Positions 1 to 9,536 of a stretch of DNA of 64,000 nt are shown piece after piece. A program made the position numbers and the translations under genes. Source of the stretch: a virus; the IMG/VR virus record IMGVR_UViG_3300042464_000422; one strand, given 5' to 3'. Each line of letters opens with the position of its first letter. Within the stretch, counting starts at the first letter, position 1. The notes beneath the pieces were generated by a model that was not told the origin of the DNA, did no database searches, and worked only from the letters and a program-made list of their open reading frames with translations.

Positions 1-139
1 GAGAAGTTTCAAATTGTAGATAACATCAATAAAGACCTTACTTCAGATAACAAAAAATTAAAGAGAAAAAATACAATCATACAGATAGTTTCCGCTGTAA
101 TTATAGGAGCATTAACATACGAAGTAGTAAGTAATTAAG

Positions 140-385
140 ATGGCGTTAACACAGGCAGATAAAAGAGAAATTGAAACACTTATTAAAAAAGAAATTAAAG
201 ATTTCTTAGGATCTTCTACCGCCAAACAATTTGAAGACAAATTAGTGGAAAGAATCTCTAAGGAGATGAAAAGAGGTAAGTTGGAAAAAGACGTTAAGGA
301 GTTAATTATTAAATCATTTAGGGAGTTTTATACCATAATGTACCAGCAAAGAAGTTTCTGGGAATCTAAATTCAAAAGTTCATAA
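140..385 (+). CDS. hypothetical protein (K/E-rich, 81 aa)
   Basis: Intact ORF; its stop overlaps the next start (TAATG). Codon usage matches the neighbours. Confidence 0.5.
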   Translation: MALTQADKREIETLIKKEIKDFLGSSTAKQFEDKLVERISKEMKRGKLEKDVKELIIKSFREFYTIMYQQRSFWESKFKSS

Positions 386-1149
386 TGGATTTAATTGATT
401 TATTTAATAAAGAATATAATAAAAATGCTACCGATTTGGGAGTTACTGGAACTGAATTGGCTAAACAAAGAAAAAATTTCCAACCAATGGCCGAAGAGAA
501 CGAAAAAAAGAAAAAAACAAAACCTCAGGATTATCTTAAAGATAAGAATGATTTAAAAGACATTTTAGTGTTGGTAAAAAATAAAAGATTATCGGCAAAT
601 AAAACAAGGGTTGAATTGAAAAAAATGTTGGAGGATCCGGAAGATCTTAATGATTTCCTTAATTCATTATTAAAAGTCACTAAAGGTAAAAAAGAAGAAC
701 CTAAAGAAATGGGTGCAGTATCTGCGGGGGCATATTCAGGTCAATTGTTTACGTCCAAAGAGATGAAAGAAGAAGAGTATTGTGATTCTTGTGATAGAGT
801 TAAATCTAAATGTGTTTGTAATAGACCTAAAAAGGTTGAAACAAAAGAAGGTGCAAGTACCACATCATCAGGTCAATATTCAGGACCCAAGATGTGGGCG
901 AAGTCAACTAGTAAAAAAGATTGGGGACCAAGCCGTAAAACACAATTACCTGGTGGTAAGTTTGTCCAAGTTAAGAAAAAGTGTAAAAAGTTTCCTTATT
1001 GTAATCAGGGTGATATTAATGCGCTTAAAATCTTTGAAAATGAAGGGTTAAAGAAAGTAATATCAAATATAAGTGAATCTTATGGTCTCACAGAGAGTTA
1101 TATTAGAAACATAATTTATTTGGAGATGGAAAAATTGAATAAACATTGA
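385..1149 (+). CDS. Lys-rich hypothetical protein with Cys cluster (CDSCDRVKSKCVC)
   Basis: 254-aa ORF with a highly basic low-complexity region and a C-x2-C...C-x-C cluster. No recognisable domain. Confidence 0.55.
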   Translation: MDLIDLFNKEYNKNATDLGVTGTELAKQRKNFQPMAEENEKKKKTKPQDYLKDKNDLKDILVLVKNKRLSANKTRVELKKMLEDPEDLNDFLNSLLKVTKGKKEEPKEMGAVSAGAYSGQLFTSKEMKEEEYCDSCDRVKSKCVCNRPKKVETKEGASTTSSGQYSGPKMWAKSTSKKDWGPSRKTQLPGGKFVQVKKKCKKFPYCNQGDINALKIFENEGLKKVISNISESYGLTESYIRNIIYLEMEKLNKH

Positions 1150-1171
1150 TATTTATATAAAAAACAAGAAA

Positions 1172-2581
1172 ATGAAAAATAACAAATATTATGATGTTTT
1201 ATTGAAAAAAATCCTCAATGAAACTTTAGAAGATAAGGCAAATGAAGTAATGGAAAAATTAAAATTTAATAAACCAGGTTCTTCATTTGATTATGTTGAG
1301 GAAGGTGAAACTTGCGAATGTGGGTCACCTATGGTTGAAGGGCAATGTATGGAGTGTGGTTATATGAAAGACGGTGAAGTATTAGAAATTGGGTTAGATG
1401 ATCTTGAAATGGACAAAAAATATAAATACAACCCGAAAAAGTTTAAGAGAGAAGAAAGTGGAAAAGAATTATCTTATAAAGGTAGGACTAATTACCCACA
1501 AGGAGGAACTCAACATAACATATTCCAAGATGATATGATGGGTATGTTAATACCTGATGAAGGTTTAGATGATTTTGATGAAATTGATGAAATTGATATT
1601 GAGGAAATTACTGAAAGATTATTATCTAAAGGACAAAAATTTATCGCAAAACAAGCAAAACCTCACAATAAAATTGATGCGGAAGATTTTAAAATGTTAA
1701 GAAAGAAAAAAGAAACAAAAGAAAATCGTGGTGAATGTATGGAATGTGGTGACAAATGGTCAATGGAAGAGGAAGAAACTTCGGAAGGTAATGCATTTAC
1801 AGATAAATTAAGGAACACACCAAAAGGTGGTAAATTTAAACTTGGTAATAAAGAATATACTGATAATTCTTCATTAGAAGAGGGAGTATTATACAAATTA
1901 CAATCAGGTAATGATTCTGAATTATTTACTGAAAGTGAAATTGTTGATATGATAGAACAAATTATTATGGAAGAAAAAGATAATATTAAGAAAGGAAAAA
2001 CACCGGCAGGTTTAGAAGCGTATGAAAAGGCTCACAAAGGATCGGGTAAAGAGAATAAAGAATACATGAAAGAATTCACAAAGAAAATTACTGAATATCA
2101 GAAAGATGGGTCTAAAGAGAAATTTACAACAGATCCAAAACATTTCCCCAAAGGTAACGGTGAATTAGAAAAGATGAGTAAAAAGGCTTATGTTATGTCT
2201 GATGGTGGAAAAGAATTTTTAGATGATTATATGAGTCCTGGTATGGAGGATCTTGTACCTGAAGAAATCACATATGATGAAGATTGGGTAAAAGATAACA
2301 TCAAAGGCTCGTCAAGAACTGGTAATAACCCTGAGTGGGCTAATGCGGAAGAAACCGATTTAGGTGAAAAATTAGTTAAAAAACAAAAGGCTAAAAAATT
2401 CCACAAAGCTAAAGAAACTGCTTATAGAAAATCTAAACAACCTATAAGTGATGGTACGGGTGAGAACTCAGGAAGCGGTGTTAATATTAAACTTGAAAGT
2501 GTTGATAAAAAAACAGAAAAATTAAACGAAGAGTTTAACAGAATGAAAAGTTTAATTGGGTATAACCAAAAGACCCAATAA
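1172..2581 (+). CDS. hypothetical protein with two zinc-ribbon-like motifs (CECG..CMECG; CMECG)
   Basis: 469-aa ORF, acidic and Lys-rich, with CxC/CxxC pairs. Followed by a hairpin plus T-tract. Confidence 0.6.
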   Translation: MKNNKYYDVLLKKILNETLEDKANEVMEKLKFNKPGSSFDYVEEGETCECGSPMVEGQCMECGYMKDGEVLEIGLDDLEMDKKYKYNPKKFKREESGKELSYKGRTNYPQGGTQHNIFQDDMMGMLIPDEGLDDFDEIDEIDIEEITERLLSKGQKFIAKQAKPHNKIDAEDFKMLRKKKETKENRGECMECGDKWSMEEEETSEGNAFTDKLRNTPKGGKFKLGNKEYTDNSSLEEGVLYKLQSGNDSELFTESEIVDMIEQIIMEEKDNIKKGKTPAGLEAYEKAHKGSGKENKEYMKEFTKKITEYQKDGSKEKFTTDPKHFPKGNGELEKMSKKAYVMSDGGKEFLDDYMSPGMEDLVPEEITYDEDWVKDNIKGSSRTGNNPEWANAEETDLGEKLVKKQKAKKFHKAKETAYRKSKQPISDGTGENSGSGVNIKLESVDKKTEKLNEEFNRMKSLIGYNQKTQ

Positions 2582-2611
2582 TTTACATATACCATATCTT
2601 TATTATAATTT

Positions 2612-2644
2612 CTCCATAGACATAAATCTATGGAGAATTTTTTT
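2612..2644 (+). terminator. hairpin (9-bp perfect stem ctccataga/tctatggag, loop cataaa) plus T-tract; its 3' arm contains the ATG of the next gene
   Basis: Inverted repeat 2612-2620 / 2627-2635 followed by aattttttt. The ATG at 2630 lies inside the stem. Confidence 0.5.
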
Positions 2645-3097
2645 AACTATATAACCCAACCGATGAAACCTGAGGATGTTGATATTTGGTTTAGGATTAA
2701 TAATATAATTCCTGAAAAAATGGATTTATATTATGATTTCACCTTTTCGCTATATTATTTGATAGTTGAGACATATTTGGGTGATGACAACAACGGATCT
2801 GAAACAAAGATCAACATGACAGATGACGACAAGAAAAATCATTTTCAATGGTGTTGGAAAAAAACAATAGAAAATTTTAATAAAGAAAGCCTCATTTTTA
2901 ATGAGAAGGGTGATCATCTTGATTACTTCTTAGATTTTTTTATGGAGATATTTTATTTACAAAAAGAGGATAAGATAAAGAATTCTATACCTACTTTTTT
3001 TACGGATGTTTTTGATAGAAAAAAACCGTTTACAAAATCTGATTTAGATATGATATCTAGTATATATAAGTCGTTAGATAAAAATATACTCTTATAG
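2630..3097 (+). CDS. hypothetical protein
   Basis: 155-aa ORF. The start codon is sequestered in the upstream hairpin. Confidence 0.55.
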   Translation: MENFFNYITQPMKPEDVDIWFRINNIIPEKMDLYYDFTFSLYYLIVETYLGDDNNGSETKINMTDDDKKNHFQWCWKKTIENFNKESLIFNEKGDHLDYFLDFFMEIFYLQKEDKIKNSIPTFFTDVFDRKKPFTKSDLDMISSIYKSLDKNILL

Positions 3098-3164
3098 TAT
3101 TTACAAACGACATTTATTGATTTAGATTTGATTATATAAAAATAAACAATTATTATTTTAAACA

Positions 3165-3338
3165 ATGGAAACTTTAGAAAAAATTAAAACGTTGACAGAA
3201 GAATTAAATGTTGATGTAACTAAATTCTACGGTGGTAATAAAAGTGCTGGAACACGTGCTAGAAAAACATCACAAGAATTGAAAGCGTTGTTACAAACAC
3301 TTAGAGGTGAGATTTTGGAAACAAGAAAAAATGACTAA
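3165..3338 (+). CDS. small histone H1-like DNA-binding protein (Bacteroidetes type), 57 aa; missed by the 60-aa ORF cutoff
   Basis: Translation METLEKIKTLTEELNVDVTKFYGGNKSAGTRARKTSQELKALLQTLRGEILETRKND matches the 'F..GNK.AG.R.RK..QELK.L.Q.LR' pattern of Bacteroidetes histone-H1-like proteins. Confidence 0.5.
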   Translation: METLEKIKTLTEELNVDVTKFYGGNKSAGTRARKTSQELKALLQTLRGEILETRKND

Positions 3339-3519
3339 TATTAATACAATATATTTATTTGTTTTTGTTTTCTCGGCAATCTTATTGGTGAGAACAACGT
3401 TCAAATTTATTATCTCCTTATTACAAACAAATCCTGAAAGAATGGTTTTAAGTAGTAAGGAGATTTTATTCAACGGTTTAGCATTAAGTTATATAATAAC
3501 ATATTTAATACAAGTATAA
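3331..3519 (+). CDS. small hydrophobic (membrane) protein; ATG start preferred over the track's upstream GTG
   Basis: MTNINTIYLFVFVFSAILLV... has one predicted TM segment. The track's 3307 start overlaps the histone-like ORF in another frame. Confidence 0.35.
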   Translation: MTNINTIYLFVFVFSAILLVRTTFKFIISLLQTNPERMVLSSKEILFNGLALSYIITYLIQV

Positions 3520-3957
3520 ATGAGCTTATTTAAGGAATTTACAATATTATTCCCATATTTACAATCGGTTAGGAAATTAAAGACATACTTATCGTTTGAT
3601 ATTGAATTTCCCGATACTTGGAAATTACCTAAAAAATATGTGAATGAAGAAAAAGTGGTTGAAAATGATAAATCAAAACAAGGGTTTAGATTCTTTTCAT
3701 TTGTTTCAGAATTTGATGAAAAATCAGTTGATGAGATTATATCAAACATTAAAAATATAATTGCATATAATAAGGAAAGAGAAGAAAAGGAAAAATTATT
3801 CCAAGTAAAGGTGGATGAACTTAAAAAGATGTTTGAAAAAGAAAAGTTAGATGATCTACAAGCATTAAAATTTGAAATCATCGAAGAAAAAATTATGTTA
3901 GATGACACAGAAGAAACCATCAAGCCGGTTGGAGGGAATGCAACAATGGCTAAATAA
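3520..3957 (+). CDS. hypothetical protein
   Basis: 145-aa ORF with a coiled-coil-like E/K-rich C-terminus. Confidence 0.55.
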   Translation: MSLFKEFTILFPYLQSVRKLKTYLSFDIEFPDTWKLPKKYVNEEKVVENDKSKQGFRFFSFVSEFDEKSVDEIISNIKNIIAYNKEREEKEKLFQVKVDELKKMFEKEKLDDLQALKFEIIEEKIMLDDTEETIKPVGGNATMAK

Positions 3958-4108
3958 TGAAATTGAAAAAGACCAACTTGATTTGATAAACGAAAAAAAT
4001 CGTTTCATTAATCAAATTAAAAAAATTAATAAAGAAGATATTATTCCCGTTAAAAAGAAAATAAAACTAACCATATGGCAGAAGATCAAAAAAGTATTGA
4101 TGGGATAA
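3938..4108 (+). CDS. small hypothetical protein (start moved to the ATG preceded by GGAGGG)
   Basis: The in-frame ATG at 3938 has an SD-like GGAGGG at 3928-3933. The track's ORF 3902..4108 overlaps the upstream gene extensively. Confidence 0.4.
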   Translation: MQQWLNNEIEKDQLDLINEKNRFINQIKKINKEDIIPVKKKIKLTIWQKIKKVLMG

Positions 4109-4395
4109 TTGAAAAGTTAGCAATGATAACAGACGCGACTCAAACACTATTTCCAAATGGTAAAAGTGCTATAGTCCTTGAGTTACCTTTTGATGACTTT
4201 AAAAAAGTGCAATCAAATTTTAGGCAAATAGATCAAGGTTTTAAACAATTTAAAATTGATCTATCCGGTGTTGAAGTTATTTTTATTTTAGATGGGGAAT
4301 TTAAAATTGTTGAACCACCAAAAGAAATTAAAAAACAAGGGTTTTTTTCTAAAGTACTATCTCTTATACGTGGTAAATCTACGGTAAAGAACTGA
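4075..4395 (+). CDS. hypothetical protein
   Basis: 106-aa ORF. Confidence 0.5.
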   Translation: MAEDQKSIDGIIEKLAMITDATQTLFPNGKSAIVLELPFDDFKKVQSNFRQIDQGFKQFKIDLSGVEVIFILDGEFKIVEPPKEIKKQGFFSKVLSLIRGKSTVKN

Positions 4396-4992
4396 TTTAG
4401 AATAACCATTTTCTGACAAAAGATCGTACATATATTTCTTTTGTTCTTTTGAAGAATCTTTAACTAAAAGACAATCAATCCTTCCCTCGTTTAACATATG
4501 GGAAGAAAGACAATCCATTAACCGATCACAATCATCCTCACTCTTAAGTGAAAAAAGAAATATCTTATCATCGTTTTGTATAACAATTTTATTGTTAAGT
4601 TTAGATACTAATTTAACTCCAACTTTAGGTAAGTATTGTTTCAATAATGTAGGAACGGTTATCTTCTTTGATTTATTAAGATCATATATTAATTCTTCCT
4701 TATTATATTGATTAATAACCGTGATGTTAAAATCAGGATCATCAAGATCAATTTTAATTTGTCTACCAAATTGGTCTCTTACAAAATAAGGTCTGTGAGC
4801 AATTACTCGTTCCAGAAAACCAATTTCATATTCACACGGTTTACCATTCTCCGTTTTCATTCCAAATATAACCGATTGACTTTCCTTAACTAAATTATCA
4901 TAAAATTTTTTAGCCCTATCAAATGTCTTAAATTTCTTGATAATTTTCTTTTTTGTTTTATTTTTAAACAATACGATTATATAGTTATCCAT
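4357..4992 (-). CDS. hypothetical protein (start trimmed to the internal Met MDNYIIV)
   Basis: Minus-strand ORF. The first 33 track codons look like non-coding read-through, so the ATG at 4992 is preferred. Confidence 0.5.
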   Translation of the reverse strand: MDNYIIVLFKNKTKKKIIKKFKTFDRAKKFYDNLVKESQSVIFGMKTENGKPCEYEIGFLERVIAHRPYFVRDQFGRQIKIDLDDPDFNITVINQYNKEELIYDLNKSKKITVPTLLKQYLPKVGVKLVSKLNNKIVIQNDDKIFLFSLKSEDDCDRLMDCLSSHMLNEGRIDCLLVKDSSKEQKKYMYDLLSENGYSKSVLYRRFTTYKR

Positions 4993-5043
4993 TTTGATTA
5001 TTATATATCTGTTAAATATAAGTGTAAATAAGTTAAAATAAAT

Positions 5044-5973
5044 ATGGAAGATTATTATAGTGTTTTGGGGGTTAATGAAAGTGCGACCCAAGAGGAGATT
5101 AAAAGAGAATATAGAAAGTTAGTAAAAGAGAACCATCCTGATAAAGGAGGGGATGAAGAGAAGTTTAAAAAAATCTCAACGGCTTATGATACAATAGGTG
5201 ACGAAACTAAACGTAGGCAGTACGATCAACAAAAAAACAATCCATTTGGTAACATGGGTGGATTTGGTGGAGCATCTATGGAAGAAATGATGAACAGTAT
5301 GTTTGGTGGTAATCGTAGACAACAAACTAGAGTTCACGATACTGTTATTGATGTTCATATTGGTGTGATAGAATCTTATATGGGTGGAAAGAAAACAATG
5401 ACATATAATAGAAAGGATAAATGTAATCCTTGTAATGGAACAGGTGGTGAAAAGAAAGTATGTCACACTTGTGGAGGACAAGGATATACAGTTAAACAAA
5501 TGGGTTCAGGTATGTTCATTCAAATTGTACAGGTTGCTTGTGGAACTTGTAATGGTGTTGGAAAAATAACAACCGCCGCTTGTTATGCTTGCGGTGGACA
5601 AGGGGCTAAAAACACAATAAACACAATAGAAGTACAATTACCACATGGTATTGATGATGGTCAATTTTTAAGGTTACAAGGACTTGGTGATTACAGAAAT
5701 GGGGGTTACGGTAATTTAGTTGTGAGAATAAGAACGATAAATGAGGGAAATTTTGAAAAGGATGGACCTAATTTAATATATAATGCATTTTTAAATATTG
5801 GAGATTTTCAAAAAGGGGATTTTGAGGTACCTCATCCCGATGGATCAATAAGTATTAAGTTTCCTAATAATATAGATACCTCAATGCCGTTAAGAGTTAA
5901 GGGTAAAGGGTTCAAATATCAACCACAAGGTGATTTATTAATTAATCAATATTTAAAATATAATAGAGGTTAG
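5044..5973 (+). CDS. dnaJ: DnaJ-like co-chaperone (J domain, G/F-rich region, CxxCxGxG zinc finger)
   Basis: N-terminal DYYSVLGV...HPDK J-domain motif; GGFGG G/F region; four CxxCxGxG repeats (CNPCNGTG, CHTCGGQG, CGTCNGVG, CYACGGQG). Confidence 0.85.
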   Translation: MEDYYSVLGVNESATQEEIKREYRKLVKENHPDKGGDEEKFKKISTAYDTIGDETKRRQYDQQKNNPFGNMGGFGGASMEEMMNSMFGGNRRQQTRVHDTVIDVHIGVIESYMGGKKTMTYNRKDKCNPCNGTGGEKKVCHTCGGQGYTVKQMGSGMFIQIVQVACGTCNGVGKITTAACYACGGQGAKNTINTIEVQLPHGIDDGQFLRLQGLGDYRNGGYGNLVVRIRTINEGNFEKDGPNLIYNAFLNIGDFQKGDFEVPHPDGSISIKFPNNIDTSMPLRVKGKGFKYQPQGDLLINQYLKYNRG

Positions 5974-6137
5974 AATAAGGATTTAATATCATAAATTAAT
6001 GATACTAATCCGTAGATTGATAACATCAACATTAAACCTCCAGTTATAAAAACAAATTTTTGAGTTCTTCCTGTTGTTTGGTTACATTTTCTACATCCGG
6101 TTACTTGAGTTGCTTCAGTTTTCATTTCGTCTTCCAT
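5970..6137 (-). CDS. possible small tail-anchored membrane protein (55 aa)
   Basis: Minus-strand ORF MEDEMKTEATQVTGCRKCNQ...GGLMLMLSIYGLVSLIYDIKSLF with a C-terminal TM segment, sitting in an otherwise empty 239-nt gap. An ORF this long is uncommon at this AT content. Confidence 0.3.
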   Translation of the reverse strand: MEDEMKTEATQVTGCRKCNQTTGRTQKFVFITGGLMLMLSIYGLVSLIYDIKSLF

Positions 6138-6212
6138 GATTTCTTTTTATTAATAATAAATATTATTGATTGACATATAAATATAAAATAACTATTTTTA
6201 CACTAAAAAATT

Positions 6213-7052
6213 ATGCTATCATATATCGGAGGTAAAAGTAAAATTGGAAAGTGGATTGTCCCTTTCTATGATAAAAATATGGAAACATATCTTGAAACAT
6301 TTGGAGGTATGTTTTGGTGTTTTTATAACATGGATTTAAAACAATTTCCCAATTTAAATAAAGTTGTGTATAACGACTTTAACCCACTCAACCACAATTT
6401 ATTTAAGTGTGTTCAAAACCCAACTGAATTATTAAGGTCAATCAACTCAATTGACTGTCAAAAATTTGGTAATGAGGTAACACCTGAAATATATCGTGAA
6501 CAATTTGTTTCTTTCCAAAGTGAGTTATTTAATGACGGATTCAAAATTGATGGAGTTGATTATGATGCTGCGGCTAAATATGTTTACGTGTTAACTCAGG
6601 TTTTTAGTGGGTCAAAACCAGAAACGTCAAAATTTATTGACTTAAAAGGAAAATATAAGTCAAAATACCTTACCTTTAGAGACAAGTTAATGAAACCTGA
6701 TTGGGTAGATCATTTCTTAAAGATTACAGATGTTGAAAACATGGATTTTGCGGATGTAATCAATAAGTACGACTCACCATCAACATACATTTACTTGGAC
6801 CCGCCTTATTGGAAAACTGAGAACTACTACTCCAACCACGACTTTGATCGTGACGATCATGAGCGTTTAGCAAATGTGTTAGATGAGGTTAAAGGTAAGT
6901 TTTCATTGTCTTACTATGACTTTGACTTACTTCGTGAATGGTTCCCTGAGGATAAATATACTTGGGTTAGAAAAGAGTTTGCAAAAGCGGCGGCAGCTAA
7001 GAAAGGGGAGAAACAAAATATGGGTGAAGAGTTACTTATAATGAATTACTAA
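6213..7052 (+). CDS. dam: DNA N6-adenine methyltransferase, D12 (Dam) class
   Basis: N-terminal YIGGKSK motif and catalytic DPPY (YLDPPYW). Confidence 0.8.
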   Translation: MLSYIGGKSKIGKWIVPFYDKNMETYLETFGGMFWCFYNMDLKQFPNLNKVVYNDFNPLNHNLFKCVQNPTELLRSINSIDCQKFGNEVTPEIYREQFVSFQSELFNDGFKIDGVDYDAAAKYVYVLTQVFSGSKPETSKFIDLKGKYKSKYLTFRDKLMKPDWVDHFLKITDVENMDFADVINKYDSPSTYIYLDPPYWKTENYYSNHDFDRDDHERLANVLDEVKGKFSLSYYDFDLLREWFPEDKYTWVRKEFAKAAAAKKGEKQNMGEELLIMNY

Positions 7053-7093
7053 TTTTTTTTATTTCTTAGATATTTATATTAAAAAAAGTCAAC

Positions 7094-9157
7094 ATGGAAT
7101 TAGTAAGAATTTTATCAAAAGTTATTAAAGAAAACGTAAATATTAAAAAAATATTATTAGAATATCCCGAATCAACGGTTAAAAAACTATTGGATAAGTT
7201 TTCTGGAGAAACTGATGATACTGAGGATGAAATCAAGAAAACAATATCTGATTTTGAAAGATTTAAAGGTGGTTTTGCTATAGATGAAAAAAATGAACTT
7301 AAACAACTTAACGACGAGTTAAAAACTTTAGAACCGTCTTCTCAAGAGTATATAGATTTACAAAATAGAATTCGTGATTTAAACAAAAGAGTACAAGATA
7401 CCTTAGACATATTCAAGTACGACTATGAGAGTTTAAAAAATCTGACCGCAGATAAATCCACAAAACAAAAAACCAAAAAAGATCTTGAAAGTATAGCTCA
7501 AGAATTTGTTACCAAACATAAAGGTGCTGACTTACAATTAGTGAAAACAAATATTAAAAAATATTTTGAGTTAAAAACTTTGTTCCCTGAACAAAAATTA
7601 TTCAAAAGAGAGATAACTGAATTAACACCATCTCAGTTGAGTGATTTAGTTGGTAAATTCTTTTCTAAATTTAATGAAAGAGGGGAAAATGAGTTAACAA
7701 AAAGGATGACGGAAAAGTTTTCTAAAGAAAATCCGGATGATGATCCACTTACCGTAATATTACCAAGGGTTAAAAGATTTGTACATCACTTTGAATTAAT
7801 TCCATTAAACGCTAAATTAAGTGCGTTTATGACATTTGATGACTTTGAACATTTAGTTGATGGTTACACACCAATGGGTGAAGATGAATATAGTTTACCT
7901 GAAATTGATTTAGATGACGTTGATATTGCGTATGAAGATGATGACATATTAATTTTTGCTCCTGATGAAAAACAAAAATGTATTAACATTAGAAAAAAAC
8001 ACGCTCCTGATAGAAAATGGTGTACATCTTGGGAAGGATCAAGTAATTACTACTACAATTATAGATTAAATCAAAACTTAACATTATATTATGTTATTAG
8101 TAAGAATTTACCTGAATCTGATGTGAACTATGCGGTTGTTGTTCTTGTTGATAGATGGGGAGGAATGAGATTGGCGGATGGTACCAATTCAGGTAAATAT
8201 GCTGGTGGACAAGAAATTGATTGGTCTGAAATTATTAGAAAGGTCCCTACATTACGAGATAAGAAAGAATATCTTGAACCAAAACCATTTAGTAATGAGG
8301 ATCAAGAAAAAATGCAGAGATACAAATCTTATAACTTAAAAACTGATGACCCAATACAAGAGTTAGGTAGTGTTGAAGAAGTTGAATTATGGATAGAATT
8401 AAGAGGTCCTGACTTTAGTCATATGAGTAATGGTGATGTAATATTTGGTAAATTACCTGAAGAATTACAAAGAAAATATATTGGTTTAGGAACTGAGTTA
8501 AGTGGTGGGATGGTTAAAGTCCTTAAAGGTGGGGCACTAGGTTATTATGTGTCAAAGAAAAAAGAGAAGTTACTTACAAAGACATTAAGTCAGTTAACTT
8601 CAAGTGATATTGAAACAATTAAGACCTTAGAAATGAGACCTTATTTAAGAGAGTTAAAAAGAAAATTCTCTAAGGAGTTAGTTTCTAAGGATATGGGATC
8701 ATATGTTCAATTAGAATACCCTAAAGATGATGCGTCTAAATATGTTGCTCTATTTGGTTTTGAGGAATATTTTGATTCTATTCCTGATAATGTTGAATTT
8801 ATTAACATAGAGAATAAATCAAATGATGTGATTGCGGAGAAACTACCTGAATCAATAGGAAGATTTACTGAACTTAAAACATTGGTAATTGATAATTATA
8901 TTAAATCAATACCTGAAAGTATTGGAAATTGTAGACAATTGTCATTCTTAAATTTAACTAATAATAGTCAATTGGATAAATTGCCGGGATCTATTTCTAA
9001 ATTAACTTGTTTGGAGTTCTTCTCAATTATGGGATCAGATCCAAACATTAAAATACCTAAAAAATTAAAGGATTATATGACACCGGATGAAGATTTTTTC
9101 TTACTACACTTCCCTGAAAATATGAAAAAACACTGTACCGGAATGGTAGGGTTCTAA
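7094..9157 (+). CDS. member A of the four-paralog 'KWC-core' family, with a C-terminal leucine-rich-repeat extension (687 aa)
   Basis: Core HAPDRKWCTSWEGSSNYYYNYRL...LYYVISK aligns with the ORFs at 24282, 30142 and 38232. C-terminal LxxLxLxxN repeats (LPESIGRFTELKTLVIDN..IPESIGNCRQLSFLNLTNNSQLDKLPGSISKLTCLEF). Confidence 0.7.
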   Translation: MELVRILSKVIKENVNIKKILLEYPESTVKKLLDKFSGETDDTEDEIKKTISDFERFKGGFAIDEKNELKQLNDELKTLEPSSQEYIDLQNRIRDLNKRVQDTLDIFKYDYESLKNLTADKSTKQKTKKDLESIAQEFVTKHKGADLQLVKTNIKKYFELKTLFPEQKLFKREITELTPSQLSDLVGKFFSKFNERGENELTKRMTEKFSKENPDDDPLTVILPRVKRFVHHFELIPLNAKLSAFMTFDDFEHLVDGYTPMGEDEYSLPEIDLDDVDIAYEDDDILIFAPDEKQKCINIRKKHAPDRKWCTSWEGSSNYYYNYRLNQNLTLYYVISKNLPESDVNYAVVVLVDRWGGMRLADGTNSGKYAGGQEIDWSEIIRKVPTLRDKKEYLEPKPFSNEDQEKMQRYKSYNLKTDDPIQELGSVEEVELWIELRGPDFSHMSNGDVIFGKLPEELQRKYIGLGTELSGGMVKVLKGGALGYYVSKKKEKLLTKTLSQLTSSDIETIKTLEMRPYLRELKRKFSKELVSKDMGSYVQLEYPKDDASKYVALFGFEEYFDSIPDNVEFINIENKSNDVIAEKLPESIGRFTELKTLVIDNYIKSIPESIGNCRQLSFLNLTNNSQLDKLPGSISKLTCLEFFSIMGSDPNIKIPKKLKDYMTPDEDFFLLHFPENMKKHCTGMVGF

Positions 9158-9167
9158 ATTATAAAAT

Positions 9168-9464
9168 ATGAAAAACATAGATGTTGAGGTTTACATAAGT
9201 CAAATGATCACTTTTTTTGAAAACAATCCTAGTGATTTTATGGATTTAGTTGGTACCGCACAAAAAGATGAGTTCTTTCAAAAAATGAAAGAAAAATCAT
9301 TAGAAAATGTTGAAAAAGGTGAAGATTTTATTTTAACTAAACAACAAATTTTAGATATTGTATTAGAGTTAAAGGCACCTGAATTAACGGAAAAGTTAGG
9401 ATCAATTGAAAAAATTGAACAACATATTATGAAAACAAAATTCGGAGATATATTTTTAAATTAA
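9168..9464 (+). CDS. hypothetical protein
   Basis: 98-aa ORF. Confidence 0.55.
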   Translation: MKNIDVEVYISQMITFFENNPSDFMDLVGTAQKDEFFQKMKEKSLENVEKGEDFILTKQQILDIVLELKAPELTEKLGSIEKIEQHIMKTKFGDIFLN

Positions 9465-9505
9465 AAAAAAAGTAAAAAAGTTATTGTGGTTTTTAAAAAA
9501 AGCAT

Positions 9506-9513
9506 TATCTTTG
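9506..9513 (+). promoter_or_regulatory. Bacteroidetes sigma-A-type -7 element TATCTTTG (TTG at 9484-9486, 20 nt upstream)
   Basis: Matches the TAnnTTTG -7 consensus with a -33 TTG. It lies 24 nt upstream of the ATG at 9537. Confidence 0.55.
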
Positions 9514-9536
9514 TGGTATAATTAAAATTTATACTT

